64,000 nucleotides of DNA from the IMG/VR virus record IMGVR_UViG_3300025425_000009, positions 11,658 through 75,657 of that record. The stretch is one strand, 5' to 3'. Under the pieces are notes generated by a model that did no database searches, had not been told where the DNA came from, and worked only from the letters and a program-made list of their open reading frames with translations. The stretch is from a virus. Of the stretch, positions 34,232-44,708 are shown piece after piece; the stretch's first letter is position 1, and each line of letters starts with the position of its first letter. Position numbers and translations under genes: made by a program.

Positions 34232-36088
34232 TTACTTCTTGTGCTGTCTAACCTTTGCCCATATGAAGCCGTCGTTGCTTACAACATGGTCTGTTATTGT
34301 AACAGTGTCCCCTTGATACAGCACTGAAATAGGTGAGTTAGCTAACGAAGGGTCCTGCCTAAAGTTAACGTTGGTGTCAAGTACTGCTGTGTTACCTGGC
34401 TGGAAAGATGGGTTATCTATGGTCGCAAACTGTAGACCGTCGACTCTACCAAGTGCCATGTACCCTTCTGTTGGTTCAGACTGTGCAGGTGTGTCTTCAA
34501 ATGAAAATCCAAAGTGTTCCATAATAGGAGCGATAGGTGAGAATATAGCTATCCTATCAGATCCAGCAAATATCTGACCAACTGGTTGCCTTTTGGTGTT
34601 TACTACAAGTGAGGAAGAGTCTCCTCCTGCAGTGAAGTAACTTCCGTCATTTGCAACAAGCACCTGATTTACAAATTTTCCAGTTAGACGTTCTCCTGTA
34701 GTTTTGTCGATTCCGTAGCCGACTGAAATTGTCACACCTGTTGCAACCACCTTGGACGTTTGTGTTCCTGTGGTTCTACCTGATTTGATAACAGTGTCTC
34801 CTGTCTTTGCTACAGCAGGAGTAGGGATTATATCGCCAAGTTTGTTTTGTGTAAGTGCTTGGTACGGCACTGTAAGTTTTACAAGTGCAGTGTCAAACCT
34901 GTTTGCTGTTGCTCCATCTAAATGCAGCATCTCACCTTCGGTGCATTGGCCTATCACATCTTTTCTTTTGTCACCTCCATCTAATACGGAAGGCTGAATG
35001 ATGTTGTCACCTAGCTTTGCTCCTTTCCAGTGAGGAAACGCACAGTGTGTGTTTTGTAAAGCATAAGCATCTCCGTCTTTGAACACTATTGCTCCAAGTG
35101 TACATGCTGTTCCTTTGTGCCACACTGCAGAGGTGCCTCCTTTGACTGGTCTGTGTCTATCACCGTGCACAGCCATGCCCATTGAAGTAACGTCCCCTAC
35201 AACAATTACATCTGTTCTCACTCCACGTATCTTCCTTGGTATTACATCTTCTGCACTAAGGGCAGAGATGGTATCTTTTACGCTAACCAACACAACAATT
35301 CCGTCCTTGCCTTCACCATTTTTTGGGCCAACTCCTACACCAACCACATTCTGTTTTGTAAGTAGTTCATCTTCCACTTGCTCCTTAACTGCTGTAGGAT
35401 CTGCACCTCTGAATAAGTTGAACATAGATTTTAGTAAGTTTATAAACATAACGAATAAGTGAGTTGTCTCAGGCTCTTCAGGTGCCGGAGTCTCTATGTC
35501 CCATTCAGGTTGGGGTATACCAAGGAGATTACATATACCATTGGCAATTCCTATGGCAGCCTTCCTGTGCCCTCCTTCAGTCTGTAGAGTAAGCCAGTCT
35601 GACTTGTTTGTCATATAACAAGTCTCAACAAGAACAGATCGTACATTGACCTGGTTGATCCAAGCTAGACTTCCTACATATGAGAGTGATTGATCTTTCG
35701 GTCCTCTGTCTCTAATACCTAATGAACTTGCAATTTCAGATGACATCACCTTGGCAATGTTCTTTGATATTTGACTTGAGCCATGATAAGCTTCAACTCC
35801 ACTGACATCACTGTTTGAATTTGCGTTTAGATGTATGTCCACTGCAATACCGTCGTTTAAGTTCGGTGCTACTAAGTCAGCCCAAGCTATGGACTGTGAA
35901 AGTGTCAGATTGTCTGGTACAAAGTGAGGTGTCACACCTGCTAGTTCAAGCAAAGGAATGAGTTCATCTCTAATTAGCATTGCTTCGTCAGCTTCTTGGA
36001 ATGTAGCGTATGTCACTACTTTACCAGGGTCGTGGTCATGATGACCAGCATTTATAATTACAACTTTTTTTGTTTTCTTTAAATACAT
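34232..36088 (-). CDS. Endolysin: Amidase_3 + trypsin-like serine protease + SH3b
   Basis: AGH..E..IHLNA..LVE; NTHC/FDTAL/GDSSS triad; VNFRQDPS..WAKV. Confidence 0.85.
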   Translation of the reverse strand: MYLKKTKKVVIINAGHHDHDPGKVVTYATFQEADEAMLIRDELIPLLELAGVTPHFVPDNLTLSQSIAWADLVAPNLNDGIAVDIHLNANSNSDVSGVEAYHGSSQISKNIAKVMSSEIASSLGIRDRGPKDQSLSYVGSLAWINQVNVRSVLVETCYMTNKSDWLTLQTEGGHRKAAIGIANGICNLLGIPQPEWDIETPAPEEPETTHLFVMFINLLKSMFNLFRGADPTAVKEQVEDELLTKQNVVGVGVGPKNGEGKDGIVVLVSVKDTISALSAEDVIPRKIRGVRTDVIVVGDVTSMGMAVHGDRHRPVKGGTSAVWHKGTACTLGAIVFKDGDAYALQNTHCAFPHWKGAKLGDNIIQPSVLDGGDKRKDVIGQCTEGEMLHLDGATANRFDTALVKLTVPYQALTQNKLGDIIPTPAVAKTGDTVIKSGRTTGTQTSKVVATGVTISVGYGIDKTTGERLTGKFVNQVLVANDGSYFTAGGDSSSLVVNTKRQPVGQIFAGSDRIAIFSPIAPIMEHFGFSFEDTPAQSEPTEGYMALGRVDGLQFATIDNPSFQPGNTAVLDTNVNFRQDPSLANSPISVLYQGDTVTITDHVVSNDGFIWAKVRQHKK

Positions 36089-36097
36089 ATTGAAAAA

Positions 36098-36484
36098 TTA
36101 GTTATTAGACACTGTTCTAGGTGTTGGTGCATCGCACACTGATGTAAACCCTGTAAGACTGCCAGTAAACACTGCATGGGTCTCTATCTGTGGGTCGCTG
36201 TGGCTACGGAAATAAAAAAGAGGTATGCCTTGTACGTTAGGTGTACCTCTTGTTGCAGCGGTGTTGGAATACACAGAAGACCCGTGGTCAGTCGTATTTC
36301 CAGCAACTACTGCTTCAGCTGATCTGTACACACTGTAAATCTGGTTGAACCCGAATGACACAACTGTCAGTATTACAAACATTGCAACAGCTGCACCAAT
36401 TAGCTCAGGCAAATGAGTTGCCTTCTTAATAGATATGACAGCGTCACAGTGAAATGTTTTTATGGTGTGTTTAAGTTTCTTCAT
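36098..36484 (-). CDS. single-pass membrane protein
   Basis: one transmembrane segment. Confidence 0.55.
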   Translation of the reverse strand: MKKLKHTIKTFHCDAVISIKKATHLPELIGAAVAMFVILTVVSFGFNQIYSVYRSAEAVVAGNTTDHGSSVYSNTAATRGTPNVQGIPLFYFRSHSDPQIETHAVFTGSLTGFTSVCDAPTPRTVSNN

Positions 36485-36486
36485 TG

Positions 36487-36807
36487 CTATTTTCGTTTAT
36501 TAAGTCTGTTAGTAAGAAACTCCAACCCTGCAAGTGATAAGGTGTTGAGTCCAGTCATTCCTAGGAACGCTCCAATCGCTGAAAATAAAATGACAGCGTC
36601 AGGGTTTTGAAAAAACAACTTCGATGCCATTCCGAACACTCCGCCTGAAAAGGTAGCAATCACAAATCTTGCAAAGTAGTCTAGTTTTGTAAACTTTGCC
36701 CCTGTGTCTTTTGCCACCTGCCATTGACTTGTGGCATGGGCAATTGCGCCGAAGATGACTACAACTGTTACCATTATTGTGCTGTATATTTCTGGTGAGA
36801 TTTTCAT
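36487..36807 (-). CDS. holin-like membrane protein
   Basis: three transmembrane segments, basic C-terminus. Confidence 0.65.
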   Translation of the reverse strand: MKISPEIYSTIMVTVVVIFGAIAHATSQWQVAKDTGAKFTKLDYFARFVIATFSGGVFGMASKLFFQNPDAVILFSAIGAFLGMTGLNTLSLAGLEFLTNRLNKRK

Positions 36808-36933
36808 AATGTTGGGTTACCTGTACATACTTACTCCGTTCAATCTTCTGCTGTTAATACGTTTTAGTAAATTGCTTGTTATACAAGGGTCGCTCCATTT
36901 TCTTTTTTTGGAAACACGAGAAGTGTTTTTGGT

Positions 36934-38064
36934 TTATTCATCAGCAGGTGTTAGCGCAATAGTAAATGAAGTGCTAGATTCATTACTTCCTCCTGAGTTC
37001 TGGGTAAATTCTCCAGGGTTTCTTAGTTGACCCGCAGATTCTGGATCCCATCTTGCCGATGCAAAGGTAGCAACAACAACATTCCCACCAAGCGAGTTTC
37101 TAAATATGTTGTTAGTATACCCAGAAGGGGTTGTAGAAATCACAGCAGAATTTGTGTCATTTGAACCTGCACCAAGTGCAAAAATATACGAACCACTCAG
37201 TCCTGGTTCATCAATTTCGTTTGGGTTGATGTGATTACTATTTGTAAGTGCATTTCCAACAGTAGGCGAAGCGATAGGATTGCTCGGGTTTACCCCCCTC
37301 ATAACGTAAGCAATGATTGCATAACTTCCTGTTGAAGTGACCTCAACTGAAGTATCAGGAGTTCCCCCCATTACCTTATAAAACACAGCAGAACAAGAAT
37401 CACGAGTGTCGTTAGCTTCTCTCTGTTCATCTAGTTGTGTAAAGCCTGAAGTTACAAGTGAGATAGTCTGGGTTATGTCAGTCGATGATACTAATATCAT
37501 AACAACATCATTTTCAATAGCTGATGTCCCAATTCCACCTGTTAGTGAAGTTAGACTAATTGTGGCGCTAGTTCCTCCTGCCTGAGAAGCTGAGCCAACA
37601 AACTTAATTGATTTGTTTATATACATATATCTTTCCCAAGAAAGAGAATAACCTCCTGCTGTTAAACGAGTTATAGTAAACGTATATACATAGTCCTTAT
37701 CTAAAGTTGTAGGTTTTGCATTAACATACAGAAAGTTATCATTATCGGTGTATGTTTCATCATTTACCATCTTTAAAGAAATTGTGATTTCTGAACCTGC
37801 TGGCATATTTAAAGGCGTAGCAATAGACACTCCATCATCCTGTGCTGTAGCTTCGTATTTTCCAAAAAGAGCAAAGTTAGGTGCAATTTCCGAAGAATAA
37901 GAAACACTTGTGCTTATGTTATATATTTGCAAAAACGCGTTTGCTATCTGTCCATTATCTTCAAGTTTAGGCACTCTCCCTTCATCATTTGCAGGTGTTG
38001 CATCACGCTCTGACTCATCTATGAAGTCTGTGGCTACAATTTGTTCTCCGTTAGTGATAGGCAT
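36934..38064 (-). CDS. tail fibre/receptor-binding protein
   Basis: end of the tail module; S/T/G-rich beta domain. Confidence 0.65.
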   Translation of the reverse strand: MPITNGEQIVATDFIDESERDATPANDEGRVPKLEDNGQIANAFLQIYNISTSVSYSSEIAPNFALFGKYEATAQDDGVSIATPLNMPAGSEITISLKMVNDETYTDNDNFLYVNAKPTTLDKDYVYTFTITRLTAGGYSLSWERYMYINKSIKFVGSASQAGGTSATISLTSLTGGIGTSAIENDVVMILVSSTDITQTISLVTSGFTQLDEQREANDTRDSCSAVFYKVMGGTPDTSVEVTSTGSYAIIAYVMRGVNPSNPIASPTVGNALTNSNHINPNEIDEPGLSGSYIFALGAGSNDTNSAVISTTPSGYTNNIFRNSLGGNVVVATFASARWDPESAGQLRNPGEFTQNSGGSNESSTSFTIALTPADE

Positions 38065-38068
38065 AATA

Positions 38069-38563
38069 TTATTGTTTACTGATTACATACTCGATAGTGG
38101 TGTTCTCATTTGTTCCTTTGGTATAGACACTACCAAATAGTGCCCTGCTAAATATTTGGCCGGTTCCAAGGCCAGATCCTCCATTCATGAATGTTCCTAC
38201 CTCGTAGTAGTCATCATCTGCTAAGTCTCCTGTAGCAAAGAAAAATCTCAAGGTAAGTGCTGAGCCTGACACAACTCCTGTGACCTTTGCTGAACGTGCA
38301 ACTCCTGCGCCAAGATCTGTATCAGAAACAGCAGGTGCTGTGTCGTCAGTTCCGATATCCAAGTGTGAGATATTCAAAGGATACGTACTGACATTATTGA
38401 GATGATCTATAATTACGTTAAACCCGGTGTCTGTTCCATTCATTACCAGATTCTTCTGGTAAGGAGTAGTTGAAATGACCTCACCTGTTACAGAGCTGGT
38501 TTTGATAAGACGGAACTTACCTTTTAGTCCCAGTGTATCCTTTTGTTGAGTATTGCTTTTCAT
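38069..38563 (-). CDS. distal tail protein
   Basis: KNLVMN.G, IGTD.TAP...DT.L, EVGTF; start at MKSN. Confidence 0.65.
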   Translation of the reverse strand: MKSNTQQKDTLGLKGKFRLIKTSSVTGEVISTTPYQKNLVMNGTDTGFNVIIDHLNNVSTYPLNISHLDIGTDDTAPAVSDTDLGAGVARSAKVTGVVSGSALTLRFFFATGDLADDDYYEVGTFMNGGSGLGTGQIFSRALFGSVYTKGTNENTTIEYVISKQ

Positions 38564-38582
38564 ATTGTTTATTATATAACAC

Positions 38583-39995
38583 TTAAGCCCATGCAGTGAA
38601 GCCCCAGACTGCATCTGCGTCCCCATAGTCGTAAGGACCAGTGGTAAATGAGCCAGTCGGTGCCACGTCAACAAGAGCAAACTCATCTTTGAGTTGTCTG
38701 ATCCGTTCTATGAACTCATCTTGCTCAATTCTAATCTGATCACTTGGGTTTGTAACAAGAAGTCTTGCAAGAATATCACCTATGCCTATGTCCTGGGCAG
38801 TAACACAACTTACTGTGTTAGTAAGCTCATCTGTGTCAGGAGTTCTAAGAACACTTGCTATACGTTGGATCTTGTATGACTGGTTCATATTTCTGATGTC
38901 AGATTGTATGTTGATGGTGTCACCTGTCACAAGGCCACTCCTGTAAGTGACAAAGTCAGCAGTCTTCTCTGGGTCAGAGTACTGTGCCAACTCCACATCT
39001 GCACGAAGTCCTGCAGTTGACAAGTCCTTGATGTTTACGTCAACAACTACACTTTGAAATAATCCGTGGGTTCCTACACTCTCCTCATTTCGCTTTTGCA
39101 CAATCAACGGATACTGAGGGTACTCTGTCACTGTAATATTTGCAGTTCCACTCGCAGGAACGGAAGCAAAGTTTAGTGACTTCTCATTATAGTTCCAGTA
39201 ACAATCAGACCCTTCAGGATCAATATTTTCAATCCCTACAGTCTGTGTTACTCCTCCAAGAACAACCACAGGCTTATTTGCAAACTTAGTAGCAAGAGGA
39301 AAAACATCTTTTGTTGCATCCCCTGAAAGATACTCAATTCTTAGCACTGTACTGGTAAGCAGTCCTCCTCGAACAATTACCTCGTTTCTTAACTGATGGG
39401 TGTCTTCTCTTAACAGCAAGGAGTCAATCACATAGTTGTTTGACGTGTCACTGAGGTCAAACACACTACTGACAGTACCGACCCTAAGGAAGTGCACGTC
39501 TTTGTCGTAATCCACATACCAGTCATACCCTGACACAAGCTCTGTAAGCTTCTGTATACACCTTGACACAGTAAGATAGTTGAAAGACACTGAGTCAATA
39601 ACCTCTGGTGCACTAACGTTTGCAACTGTGAATCCTGATGTGAACGTTGATATCAAGTCAGCAATGATGTCCTCCACAGAAGTAACTGTGTATGTTTTTG
39701 ACACCAGCTGTCTATCAAGAGAATACGAGTAGTCCTTACATGTACATCTTACGTATTCAAGTTGCCCTTGCATCTCTTCTTCTATTTCAACTATGAATCC
39801 ACCGAACTCTTTAGTACTCCCTACAGTAAGAACAACTTCAGAACCTGCCACAGGTTTGTATGACTGACCTTCAAATACTTGTACAAGAAAGGAAAGTGTA
39901 TCCGTTGCCTTGGTAAGAACCTGTTCACGCCGCAAAGACCGCCAATCCACAAGACTGCTTTTGTTTGATCCTGCAATTGTAAGGGTAGTTGCCAT
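38583..39995 (-). CDS. tail tip/hub protein
   Basis: follows the tape measure gene; WYVDYDKDVHF, N.VIVRGG. Confidence 0.75.
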   Translation of the reverse strand: MATTLTIAGSNKSSLVDWRSLRREQVLTKATDTLSFLVQVFEGQSYKPVAGSEVVLTVGSTKEFGGFIVEIEEEMQGQLEYVRCTCKDYSYSLDRQLVSKTYTVTSVEDIIADLISTFTSGFTVANVSAPEVIDSVSFNYLTVSRCIQKLTELVSGYDWYVDYDKDVHFLRVGTVSSVFDLSDTSNNYVIDSLLLREDTHQLRNEVIVRGGLLTSTVLRIEYLSGDATKDVFPLATKFANKPVVVLGGVTQTVGIENIDPEGSDCYWNYNEKSLNFASVPASGTANITVTEYPQYPLIVQKRNEESVGTHGLFQSVVVDVNIKDLSTAGLRADVELAQYSDPEKTADFVTYRSGLVTGDTINIQSDIRNMNQSYKIQRIASVLRTPDTDELTNTVSCVTAQDIGIGDILARLLVTNPSDQIRIEQDEFIERIRQLKDEFALVDVAPTGSFTTGPYDYGDADAVWGFTAWA

Positions 39996-39996
39996 G

Positions 39997-42417
39997 CTAG
40001 ATTCTTGCGTTACGTTTAAAGTTTTGTATTATCTGATCTCCAATCTTTTCTGCCACATTGTTATCTAGGTATGTGCCTCCGTTCATGTTGATTATCACCT
40101 GCCTGGTTCCTCCGATCTGGTCGTTAGCAGTGATCTGCCCTGAAGAAGATGGACTGAACAGTTCAGGTCCTTGTTCTCCTACAAGGTATGTGCTACCTCT
40201 TGAAACAGGCCCTCCTGCTGCTCTTGCACCATCTATGCCAAATCGAGAGGATCTAGAAGACCCACCACTGCGTATATTAGAAAGAGTGGAGTTTATATCC
40301 CTAACGTAGTCTACATACATCTGACGTGACTCTTGTTGCCAGTTGTGAAGGCCAGACTTTTCAGCTGCTAGCCTATCCCTGAATGCTTCCCCTTTCTTGG
40401 CTTCAGCCTGCAACTTGGCAAGTGTTTCAGAGTCTGTTAGTGCTAGCACCTGGTTATGCTCTTCATGAAGGTTTTTCATCTTAGTAAGACGTTCCACTTG
40501 TTCAGTAAGATATTCAGTCTTGATCAAGTTTAACTTTGTCTTGTGATCTTGTGCCATCTGCTCAATCTCATTCAGTCTAAGGTACCTACGTCGCTCTGCC
40601 ACCTCGTCTTCAATGTTAAGTTCAAGATCCTTGTATGATTCGATTAGCTCTTTCTGTTCATCGAGTTGATTTTCCAGTTTCCGCACCTCAGCTCCGCTGT
40701 CATCATCCTTTCTGGCTTTTCTTATCTCACTCTCAAGTTCTTTCTGCTTGTTTAAAGCAGCAGCAACCTTGTTAACCACACCTCCTTCGAAGCTGGCTTG
40801 CTCTTCACCTACACTTTTCTGGAAATCAGCTGTTGCTTCAGAAATCTCGTTGTAAGCATCTTTGATTTCCCCTCTGATCTCTTTAACTGAGTCTACTAGA
40901 GTGTTAAAGTATTCATCCACTTCATCTGCGTTATCCTTAGCAGCTACAGCAGTGCCTGCCAGTGATGTGTTAATCTCGTCTGTTGCACTAGCCATTGCAC
41001 TTGCACTGTCCTCAGCAGATGTTCCTATTTTACTTGCCTCGTAAGCAATTTCACCGATCTCATCCTTTGCCTCGTTCTTCATTGTATCAAACGCCTCTAT
41101 CGTAGAGTCCGCTATTACATTAGCCATGCCTGGTATTTTTTCAAACAGTGCGTCAAGTCCTATCAGCACTCCTTGTATTGCAGAGAAAAACGCTATCTTA
41201 ATTTGTTTCCATACTACAACAAACGCTTTACCGAACCCTCCTACAACATCCTTGAGTTCTACAAACTTAACGATTAGGAATGTTGCAGCTACAATGAGTG
41301 CCCCTATTCCTGTTGCCATGATTGCTCCTCGCACAGTCCTAAGTGATACCACAAACGCCTTTGTTGCGGCTGACTGTCTGAGTGTTGCTGCAGTCATTGC
41401 ATTCTTAACTGTCGTGAAGCTTTTAGTAACAGACACGTTTAGGAGCATTATCTTCTTAAGGCCGGTTAAGGCTTTACTAAAGTACCCAACGGACAGTATG
41501 ATATTAGGAAGGATAAAACTCAATGGAAGCAGTACTGCCAGCATTGCTGTTAACGCAAGACTAGCAAGACCAATTACTGCAGTGAGTCTTGGGTTTTCCT
41601 TGATCCATTGACTAATGTTAAGGATGATTGGCACCATTATGTTAAGGACACTTTCAAGGATCGGTACAAACACAGTTCCTAGGTTTTCACCTAGCTCCTT
41701 CATTCGTGCAAGCAGCTCTCTTTGCTTGTTAGCTGCTCCTTCTGATGTCCTAGCATAATCGCCTATAGCATTCTTAGATTGTGAGAATGCAATTTCCAAC
41801 GTGGCAATGGCTTTCTTTTCTCGTTCTGTTTCATTTATGAATCTACCAGCAACTTCCAATGCCTTTACCTTTGCCTTAACATCTTCTTCAAGTATGGCAA
41901 TTCCCAGCATTTTAATCGAGTCTCGTTCACCAAGCAACGCCTTTGTCAACGCTATACTGGCTCGTTCAGCACCTCCTTCGATGTTGGTGAATGATGCAAG
42001 GTCAACCGCAAGCTTGTTGGTTTTTTCAGCAAGATCTAGTGCAGAGGCTCCACTAAGACCGAACCCAGTAAGCATATCACCAGTTGATGATAGCAAATCC
42101 TTAGCACTAGATTCTGCCATACCAAAGTTATTTCTAAGATCCTGTGCCACACTCTCAGCCTGGTCACTAACATCTCCGAATACAACATCAAACTTGTTAA
42201 AGGTTTCTTGGGCATCAACCGCAGATTGAGTGGCTTTATACAGACCAACACCTATGGCACCGAATGCCACAGCGCCAACAACACCGGCTGTTCGCATAGC
42301 CCGTGTGGTTGCTTCCATCTTCTTTTGTGTTGTTTCAATGTCACCGTAGATTGCCTTGAAACCTTTTTCTGTCTTGTTGACGAGATCAACAATTAGATTT
42401 AGTCTTTTGTCTGCCAT
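39997..42417 (-). CDS. tape measure protein
   Basis: helical with hydrophobic core; RAAGGPV..YLVGEQGPELF. Confidence 0.9.
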   Translation of the reverse strand: MADKRLNLIVDLVNKTEKGFKAIYGDIETTQKKMEATTRAMRTAGVVGAVAFGAIGVGLYKATQSAVDAQETFNKFDVVFGDVSDQAESVAQDLRNNFGMAESSAKDLLSSTGDMLTGFGLSGASALDLAEKTNKLAVDLASFTNIEGGAERASIALTKALLGERDSIKMLGIAILEEDVKAKVKALEVAGRFINETEREKKAIATLEIAFSQSKNAIGDYARTSEGAANKQRELLARMKELGENLGTVFVPILESVLNIMVPIILNISQWIKENPRLTAVIGLASLALTAMLAVLLPLSFILPNIILSVGYFSKALTGLKKIMLLNVSVTKSFTTVKNAMTAATLRQSAATKAFVVSLRTVRGAIMATGIGALIVAATFLIVKFVELKDVVGGFGKAFVVVWKQIKIAFFSAIQGVLIGLDALFEKIPGMANVIADSTIEAFDTMKNEAKDEIGEIAYEASKIGTSAEDSASAMASATDEINTSLAGTAVAAKDNADEVDEYFNTLVDSVKEIRGEIKDAYNEISEATADFQKSVGEEQASFEGGVVNKVAAALNKQKELESEIRKARKDDDSGAEVRKLENQLDEQKELIESYKDLELNIEDEVAERRRYLRLNEIEQMAQDHKTKLNLIKTEYLTEQVERLTKMKNLHEEHNQVLALTDSETLAKLQAEAKKGEAFRDRLAAEKSGLHNWQQESRQMYVDYVRDINSTLSNIRSGGSSRSSRFGIDGARAAGGPVSRGSTYLVGEQGPELFSPSSSGQITANDQIGGTRQVIINMNGGTYLDNNVAEKIGDQIIQNFKRNARI

Positions 42418-42425
42418 ATGTTATG

Positions 42426-42907
42426 TTAGCTACGCTGTTGTTGCGATCTCTTCCAAGCCTTGACTTTTTCCTTTTGCTCCTGAACCAGATATGCATGCAC
42501 AGCTTCTGTAAAGAAAGTAGGCTGGCCTATATAATCATAATAAGTCCAACCCATTTCTCTACATATCACAATTACATCTGTGTTATCTAATTTTTTTTTG
42601 CTAGGTCCTGAAGTTGTTCAACTATCCATTGGTAGTCGTCGTTTCTCATGTCCAGCACAAGATCAACGATCCCTTCTGTGACATCACCTACAGACAGCAC
42701 CTGTTTTTCTATAAGTCTGTGTGTTGACGCCTGAATTGCTGTTACACTTAGTCCTCCTACCTTCGCATCCTTGCCTGTTCCTTCTAGTGACATTGCCTCA
42801 AGAAGAGGAGCTTGGCAGTATTCTGATTCCCGTCCTGTTAGGTATGTGTACACCTTTACTTTCTGCTTAGATGCAGGAGTGGTAAGTACTGTTGTTTCTC
42901 TTTCCAT
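42426..42907 (-). CDS. tail assembly chaperone G (42587-42907) with -1 frameshift G-T extension to 42426
   Basis: GCA AAA AAA AAT TAG slippery run; the -1 frame reads LDNTDVIVICREMGWT... Confidence 0.82.
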
Positions 42908-42927
42908 ATGTTTGTTTTGTTAGTTGG

Positions 42928-43929
42928 TTAAGCAGCGTTGTAATTGCCAGTATCATTGATGATAGTAACACTGATTGCTGATGCTTCTGTATCATCGTAG
43001 TGTGCGTTGAAGTCTATTGACTCAGTTACTATGTCATCTATAGGTCGATCTGGAGAGTATCCGTCAAACGACACTTTAGGTAGGTCAATCACGATTCTTG
43101 GCTTTAGTGCTGATGTACCAATTACTGATAGATCAGATCGAACCATGTCAATCCGCATTGCCTTGTATGTACCTGCCTTAAATAGGTCGTAGTAGTCAGC
43201 AGGATCATTGAAGTCTGCAGTAAACGAACCAGAGATTTCACTGATCAAAGTAAAGATGTCTGCAGGTGTTTTACTACCAATACATTGTTTATCTCTAGCT
43301 GAGTTTGACACTGTTAATGCCAGTTCGTTAATACATACTCCTGTTGCAGCGTCTAGATCTCCGACTTCTGCAGCAAACTTAACAGTTACGTCATGATTCC
43401 TGAACAGAAAATCTTCATCAGCGTCAAATGCTGGTGTGTAGTCTGACTCCTCTGTTTCCACAGTAGCCATGAATGATGCTGTAGCGTTAACCACATCATC
43501 AAGAGGTGTTCTGATTTCAAGTGAGTTAACTACGCCAAGTGCGTAAGAATAGTCTTGGTTACCTTTTTGTGATAGTCCAAGTGTAAGTGATGGATTTTGT
43601 GGTCCAGTAGTCTGCCTTGTAAATACGTGAGTAGTTGCAGCATCTGCAGTTGTTGATGAAACTGTACCTAGAAGACTCTTTAGGATGTAACCTATTGATG
43701 TGCTTCTAAGGTTGAACTCTAGATCACCTTCTGCAAATGTTTTTACAATTTCAGAGCCTTGGCTTGAAATACCTGATCCTCGAGTTTCACGGATTAGTGT
43801 TTTTTCTACCACCGTTGTAATACCTGTTGGTGTTCTTGCAGGAATCCACGATTGTGGAGCCACCTTCGTTCCTCGGGTTCCCTCAACACCGAGTCCTAAT
43901 TGTACTTGTTCTCCCATTACGTATGCCAT
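42928..43929 (-). CDS. major tail tube protein
   Basis: position and composition. Confidence 0.82.
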   Translation of the reverse strand: MAYVMGEQVQLGLGVEGTRGTKVAPQSWIPARTPTGITTVVEKTLIRETRGSGISSQGSEIVKTFAEGDLEFNLRSTSIGYILKSLLGTVSSTTADAATTHVFTRQTTGPQNPSLTLGLSQKGNQDYSYALGVVNSLEIRTPLDDVVNATASFMATVETEESDYTPAFDADEDFLFRNHDVTVKFAAEVGDLDAATGVCINELALTVSNSARDKQCIGSKTPADIFTLISEISGSFTADFNDPADYYDLFKAGTYKAMRIDMVRSDLSVIGTSALKPRIVIDLPKVSFDGYSPDRPIDDIVTESIDFNAHYDDTEASAISVTIINDTGNYNAA

Positions 43930-43931
43930 AA

Positions 43932-44144
43932 TTAAGATTTGTTAGATTTTGATTGATAATCCTTGAGTTTCTGTGTAGCTTCTTCAAGTGTGTCCGCAAC
44001 AAAATTAAGACCATCAGCAGGAAAGAAGAATCTTCGTCCGGTTGCCTTTGTTGGTGTAGTTGTTGGGACGTCTTTAGTTTTCAGTGAATCTGAACTTTTG
44101 AAGTCTGTGTTTCCGATTTGCTTATTGTTATATTTGTCTTGCAT
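43932..44144 (-). CDS. small hypothetical protein
   Basis: FFFP..VADTLEEA. Confidence 0.6.
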   Translation of the reverse strand: MQDKYNNKQIGNTDFKSSDSLKTKDVPTTTPTKATGRRFFFPADGLNFVADTLEEATQKLKDYQSKSNKS

Positions 44145-44159
44145 AATTGAGTTGTTATC

Positions 44160-44240
44160 AAAAAAAGGCGACCCCGCATTAGTGTTTGCGGAGAAGCCCT
44201 CATTTAAGCGGTCACCACTTTTAATATGTTAATTATAACA
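44160..44240 (-). promoter_or_regulatory. TGTTATAAT promoter, conserved 20-nt leader motif and terminator-like hairpin
   Basis: motif is 18/20 identical to 53150-53169. Confidence 0.65.
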
Positions 44241-44255
44241 TACTGGTGCACTCTG

Positions 44256-44705
44256 CTACGTATTTTGGTTAGAGACGAACACCACACACCGTAAGTTGAT
44301 TTCTGCTACCCTAAAGACACCAGCATCCCTTTCCTCGTATGCCCATATGGATGGTAGAGGTTCAACTATTATGTCAGTCATTCCAGACACACCATCCAGT
44401 GACCCCCTATTGCTGAACATATGCATGACTTCCCAATATGCCTTACCCATGTTCTTTTCTACGTCTTCTGCAGCGTCAGGATCATTCATCGGTATGTAAA
44501 GCATGACCTGAAATACAAAGGTCATCCTATCTACCTTACTTGAGTTATACAGAGCTTCGTTGGAGGATATGCTTACTACAGCGGATGGGCTACCTTGAAA
44601 TACAGACGGCTGGTGGAAGAATGCTTCCTGTATTGAGGTCTCGTCAGCCTCAATCTTGTCAAGTATTGCCTGTCGCAGGTTGTTGAATTGGTTGATGTCG
44701 TACAT
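44256..44705 (-). CDS. tail terminator-like protein
   Basis: synteny. Confidence 0.6.
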   Translation of the reverse strand: MYDINQFNNLRQAILDKIEADETSIQEAFFHQPSVFQGSPSAVVSISSNEALYNSSKVDRMTFVFQVMLYIPMNDPDAAEDVEKNMGKAYWEVMHMFSNRGSLDGVSGMTDIIVEPLPSIWAYEERDAGVFRVAEINLRCVVFVSNQNT

Positions 44706-44708
44706 GAT

